A stretch of DNA of 64,000 bases from Cyanophora paradoxa CCMP329. Taxonomy: Eukaryota > Plantae > Glaucophyta. The notes beneath the pieces were generated by a model. That model did not search any database. It saw nothing but the letters and a program-made list of their open reading frames with translations, and was not told where the DNA came from. Below are positions 59,661 through 64,000 of this stretch, piece by piece; position 1 is the stretch's first letter; every line of letters begins with the position of its first letter. Where the stretch lies: assembly GCA_004431415.1 (NCBI GenBank), contig QPMI01000096.1, positions 124,001 through 188,000 of the forward strand, in the 5' to 3' direction. The position numbers and the translations under genes were made by a program.

Positions 59661-62600
59661 CACGACGGCGACCCCGAGGTCCCCGCTTGGTACGTCCCCC
59701 GCGGATCTTCCCCGTGCGGGCGCGTCTTCGGGTGCGACGGGCGGTGGGGGTCAGATGCGCGGATCGACCCGGACGGTTCGTGCAGACCCGGCGCGGACTC
59801 GCCCGCGTGCACGCAGTCGGTCCCGTCGCCGCGCCGGGGATGCGCCGCCTCCGACGTGATTCTACCCCCACCCTCCAACGCGACGACGTACGCGCGGTGC
59901 GCCGAGGCGTGCGCGAACCAGCCGATAGACATGTGCGGCGGAGCCTCCTTCGAGTCGGCGACCGGCACCTGCCGCCTCTGGTTGCGCCCTCCGGAGAATT
60001 GCACGGCGGAGTGGACCGCGCCCGCGGACGGCCTCGCCTGGTTCGTCCCGTCGGGGCCGTGCCACCGCCTCGGGTGCGACGGGATCTGGGGGAGCGAGAT
60101 GCGCTGGGCCTCGTGCGCCGTCGCCGGCGCAGGCAACTACACCTGCGCGCCGAACGGGTTCTGCCCCCGCCCCCCGCCGACGCCTCGCCCCGGGGGGTGC
60201 GACGGCCTCGGCTCCGAGGTCGACGCGTGCGGGACGTGCGGTGGCCCGTTCGTGGGCGGCCTCCGGTGCGAGGAGGGTCCCGCGCCCCTCGCGCTCGTCC
60301 CAGCCGACCTCCCCGCCGCGTGCGCCGGCTTCTACGACGCGTGCGGCACGTGCAACGGGACCGCGAGCGCGGCCGAGTGCGCCGCCCCCTGCGACGGCGT
60401 TCCCGGGAGCGACCGGTACTGGGACCGGTGCGGCCGATGCGGCGGCGATGGCGAGACGTGCCGTGGGTGTGACGGCGCCGACGGGGTTGTGGACGCCTGC
60501 GGTGTCTGCCGCGGGGACAACTCGACCTGCGTCGACTGCGCCGGCGTCGCCGGCGGGGGCCGCCGCCTCGACCGGTGCAACGTGTGCGGCGGCGATGGGC
60601 GTTCCTGCGAGGGGTGCGACGGCGTCTTCCTGTCCGGGCGCACCTACGACGCCTACCGCACGTGCGGCGGATCGGAGCGCGAGCGGCGCCTCCTCCCGGA
60701 CCGCTGCGGCGTGCGCGGCGGGCGCGGCGACGGATGCACCCCGGAGCTCTTCGACGGGACCGCAACGGTCGCGCTCCCGCCCGGCGGCGGGCCGTGGTCC
60801 TTTGCATCCTGGATCCGCGCCCTCGGCCCCGGGGTCGCGTTCTCCTCGTCCTGGGAGGACACGGAGCTCGGGTGCCGCCCCGCAGAGGGCTCCGCCTGGG
60901 TGCGAATCGACGCCTCGGGGCGCCTTCGCCTCGAGGGCCCCGCCGGCGCGGCCGACGGGCCCGCCCTCCCGTCCCCCTTTTCCGCGTGGCACCACCTCGT
61001 GCTATCGCGCGCCGCGGACGGATCCCACGCCATCTACGTCAACGGGACGCGCGCCGCGTCGATCGGCGGGGGCCCGGCGAACATCACCCTCCCGGGCCGC
61101 GTCGTCGTCGGGGAGGGCGCGCCGTGCGGCGCCTCGGGGCCCGCCCCGGGCCTGCGGCTCTCCGACGTGCGCCTCTGGCTCGCCGAGGCCGACGACGCGC
61201 GCGCCATCGCCGAGATGACCCTCCCGCCGGGCGCGGCGGGCGCTCTGGCCGCCGCGGCCGCGCCCGTTATGGCGATCGGGGGCGCCCCGCGCTCCGGCGC
61301 CCGAACCGAGGGGGGGTCGAGCTCCGCGGGACGGTGGGCTCCGCCCTCGATGCCCCCATCCTTGCATCGCACGCCGCCCCGCCGGTGACCGCCGAGGACC
61401 CCGCCGATCCCGCGCCAGGGTGCGCCTTTCCCTCCAACGCGTGCGGCCAATGCGCGCCCCACGCGGACCCCGACGACCCGGACGCGTCGTGCCCGCTCGA
61501 CTGCGATGGCGTACCCCTCGGCCCCGCCATCCGCGGACCCTGCGGATCGTGCGAGTGCCCCACCGGGACGGGCCCGATCCCGCCGCCCCCGTGGAAGGCC
61601 ACGGTCCTCGACCCGTGCACGGGCGCGACGGTGCGCCCGGAGGACGCCTACGCGTGCATCGACCCCCGCGCGCGAGCCTCCGGCCGCTGCGCACGCTCGC
61701 CCTCCCAGCGCCCGAGGCGGGGCGCGTCGGGGCGGAGCTGTGGTTCGCGGACCCGGATCCCGCGTCGTTCTCCGTCGAGCTCGCCGGCCTCCGCGTCGCC
61801 ATCACCCCGGCGGGGGACGGACTGGAGGTGGCCGCGACGGGCGCGCGCCTCGGCCCCGTCCCCGCGCGCGGCGCCTGGGAGCGCCTGGTGCTGGAGGTGG
61901 ACGCTGGGTCCGGGGCGGCGCGCGCGGCGGCGGGCCTCCGCATCCCGTCGGAGGCGACCGGGTTCGCGGCGCGGGCGGGCCGCGGCCTCCGGATCGCGGG
62001 GCGCGCTTCTCCTCCGTGCGCGTCACGGAGGGGCGCCCCGCGTTCGAGCTGCCCTCGGGCGAGTCGACGCCCGGCGCGTGGGCCCTATGGCCCATGAACG
62101 AGGGTTTCGGGCGCGAGGTGCACGACGCGACCGACGCGAACCGCACCGTGCCGGCCCCGTACCGCCGCTGGGTCCTCGCCTCCCGGAACGAGACGGCGAA
62201 CCCGGTCCGGTTCGACGTCCACCGCCCCTCGTGCAACGGGACCTGGCGCGGCGCCGAGGCGCGCGACGCCTGCGGGACCTGCCTCGGAACCCGTGCGACG
62301 GCCGCCGCGTGCCCCGCCGAGGTGCCGCTCGCGGTGGCGCGCGACGCCCGCTGGATGGGGCCCGCGACGCCGCTGGACGTCGTCCTCCCCGCGGAGAGCA
62401 CGGCCGAGTGCGCCTCGCTCCTCCTCTCCAACCGCTCAGAGCGGATCGATCCGACCTTTTTCGGCGCCTCGTACGACCCCCTCGCGCGGACCTGCACCCT
62501 CCATCGCCTGGAGGAGGGGGTCGCGCCCGCGGACCGCGACCTCGCCTCCCTGGAGAGCGAGGTGGGCGCCTCGTTCGTCGCGCGCTCCGCGGCGCGCCTC

Positions 62601-63150
62601 CCGCCGCCCCTGCCGACCTCGCCGCCGGCGCCGAGCCCACCCCGGCACCCTACGACTGCCCCTCCTGGGTCGCCGGCGTGTGCGTCCCCGTCCCGAACGT
62701 CGCACCGTCCGCGGGGTCCCGCCGCGCGGCCGCGCCGGGCGCTACTCGCGCCTCGCCCTCGTCCCCGCGCGCCCGACGCGCGCACCGACGCGTGCGCCGC
62801 CGAGGCGCGCCGCGCCGGCGTTCCGTGGTCCGCCCGCCAGGGCCGCGCCTGCTGGCTCCTCCCCGAGTTTGACCCGGCGTCGGCGGGCGGGTGGGACTAC
62901 GCGGGCCCCGACGCCGTCGTCGTCGAGCCGTCCCTCGCCGACCTGACCAACGGGACGCGCCCGCGCCTCGTGGTCTCCGGCTCCGGCACCCTCTCCGCCG
63001 CGGTCTACGAGGTCTCGTTCGGCGACTGCCCCGCGGGCCAGTGCCCGCTGGGCGCCATCCCGTACCTCTGCCACGCGGATTCCGGGACCTGCGTCGCGTC
63101 CCGGAAGTCTGCGCACAAACATGTCGAGCTCGCGCCTGAGCGGCGCCTCA
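59660..63150 (+). pseudogene. Intronless Cys-rich surface protein: PAN/apple-like modules, DxCGVCGGD repeats, LamG-like domains; truncated and frameshifted
   Basis: PAN-like YARCAEACANQPIDMCGGASFESATGTCRLW. About 7 DxCGxCGG units at 60220-60740. LamG-like WSFASWIR...WHHLVLSR...IYVNG...LSDVRLW and ALWPMNEGFGREVHD. Frame changes near ~61320, 61680, 62000, 62640 and 62750. Confidence 0.7.
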
Positions 63151-64000
63151 CCTGTCACAGGCTGTCAGTCCCTCGTGCGGCTGGGGGCCCCGTCACCCGT
63201 GTCCTACCAATAAGAGTACCGTGGGGCCGGAAGGCCTCACCCCTCCTGGAACGGTTCGAATTCGCTGCACAAAACTATCAAGGTGGACGAAATAAAAGAC
63301 AAAACCACTCAGAATTGCCGACCTCCGATCCTACGTTAGGTCGGTAATTACAGATGAACGGATTTAAAAAACCTAGCTGCAGATGTAGCTGCAGAAACGG
63401 ACTCATCAAAGCCAGCGTGCTTCAAGGCTTGCCGCTGCTTGAAGTCTGCTTGGAAGAAAATTGTGTCAATATTAATAGAATGCGGCTGCAACTAGAATTT
63501 GAAACCGAGCTGGAGGTACTACATCCGTTGTATAATATACGGATACCTGCATACGCGAAACTAGCTTCTATACAAACGAGGCGAGGCTGTAGCTCGGGCC
63601 GAGATCATCGGTGTCAGAAAACACAACAACAAAAAATGCAAGCGGGAAGCTTTAAGGGCCTAAGTAATCGAAGACGCAAGCTCCCGGAGTCGGGAGGGCC
63701 TCCCATCGAGTCGATCAATCGATCAGTTGTAGGGGTCGAGGTAGTACCCGCCGGCCTCGCCGTCGCGATCGCAGAGGTTCGAGCTGCAGCTCGAGCCCGG
63801 CTGGAACGAGCTGGTGGAGGCCGCGTGGCGGGGGTACCGCCCCACCGAGAAGCCCGGCGCGCCCGTCGCGGCGCGCACGGCGTCCGCCAGCGGGCCCCAG
63901 CGCCGCGGGTCCTCCGAGGCGGCCGGGCCCAGGGCCGCCAGGAAGCCCTGCGGTCGCGCCGCGGATCAAATCCCGGATCAAATTCGAATTCGATCCGGAT

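Larger units (their letters stand above)
54239..63150. mobile_element. Putative endogenous large-DNA-virus (mirusvirus-like) segment, degraded and rearranged
   Basis: Intronless, tightly packed short ORFs on both strands with short AT-rich spacers, many frameshifts, and a capsid-like fragment at 58648-58818. Contrasts with the intron-dense host genes. Boundaries approximate. Confidence 0.65.

Noticed and set aside
63354-64000. Stop-free frame running off the window end, and a possible exon RFELQLEPGWNELVEAAWRGY at ~63775
   Set aside because: No recognisable motif and truncated by the window, so a product cannot be supported.

Overview
GC-rich, intron-dense eukaryotic DNA from a unicellular alga or protist. 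The texture recalls the glaucophyte Cyanophora, but that is an unverified impression. Left to right, the window holds: (1) a 5'-truncated, frameshifted L1/Tx1-type LINE with a ~2 kb 3' region and poly(A), ~61-6353; (2) two nested non-autonomous Helentron/Helitron2-like rolling-circle elements, 7363-10384; (3) a (CAG)22 tract; (4) a ~17.5 kb multi-exon gene for a giant LamG + Cys-rich-repeat membrane protein, 12287-29871; (5) a hAT MITE; (6) a multi-exon membrane-anchored subtilisin (S8) with seven PPC-like domains, 31357-41020; (7) a CPA2-type cation/H+ antiporter on the minus strand, 42550-47193; (8) a minus-strand gene built from seven copies of a Cys-containing module I do not recognise, 49312-53507; (9) a Tc1/pogo-type MITE; (10) a ~9 kb intronless, gene-dense, frameshifted and rearranged island, ~54239-63150. 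The island contains a ~55-codon fragment resembling the Mirusviricota (HK97-fold) major capsid protein, so it is probably a decayed, scrambled endogenous large-DNA-virus insertion. This is the most interesting signal in the window. Exon boundaries were read by eye, and family calls come from motif recognition, not database searches.
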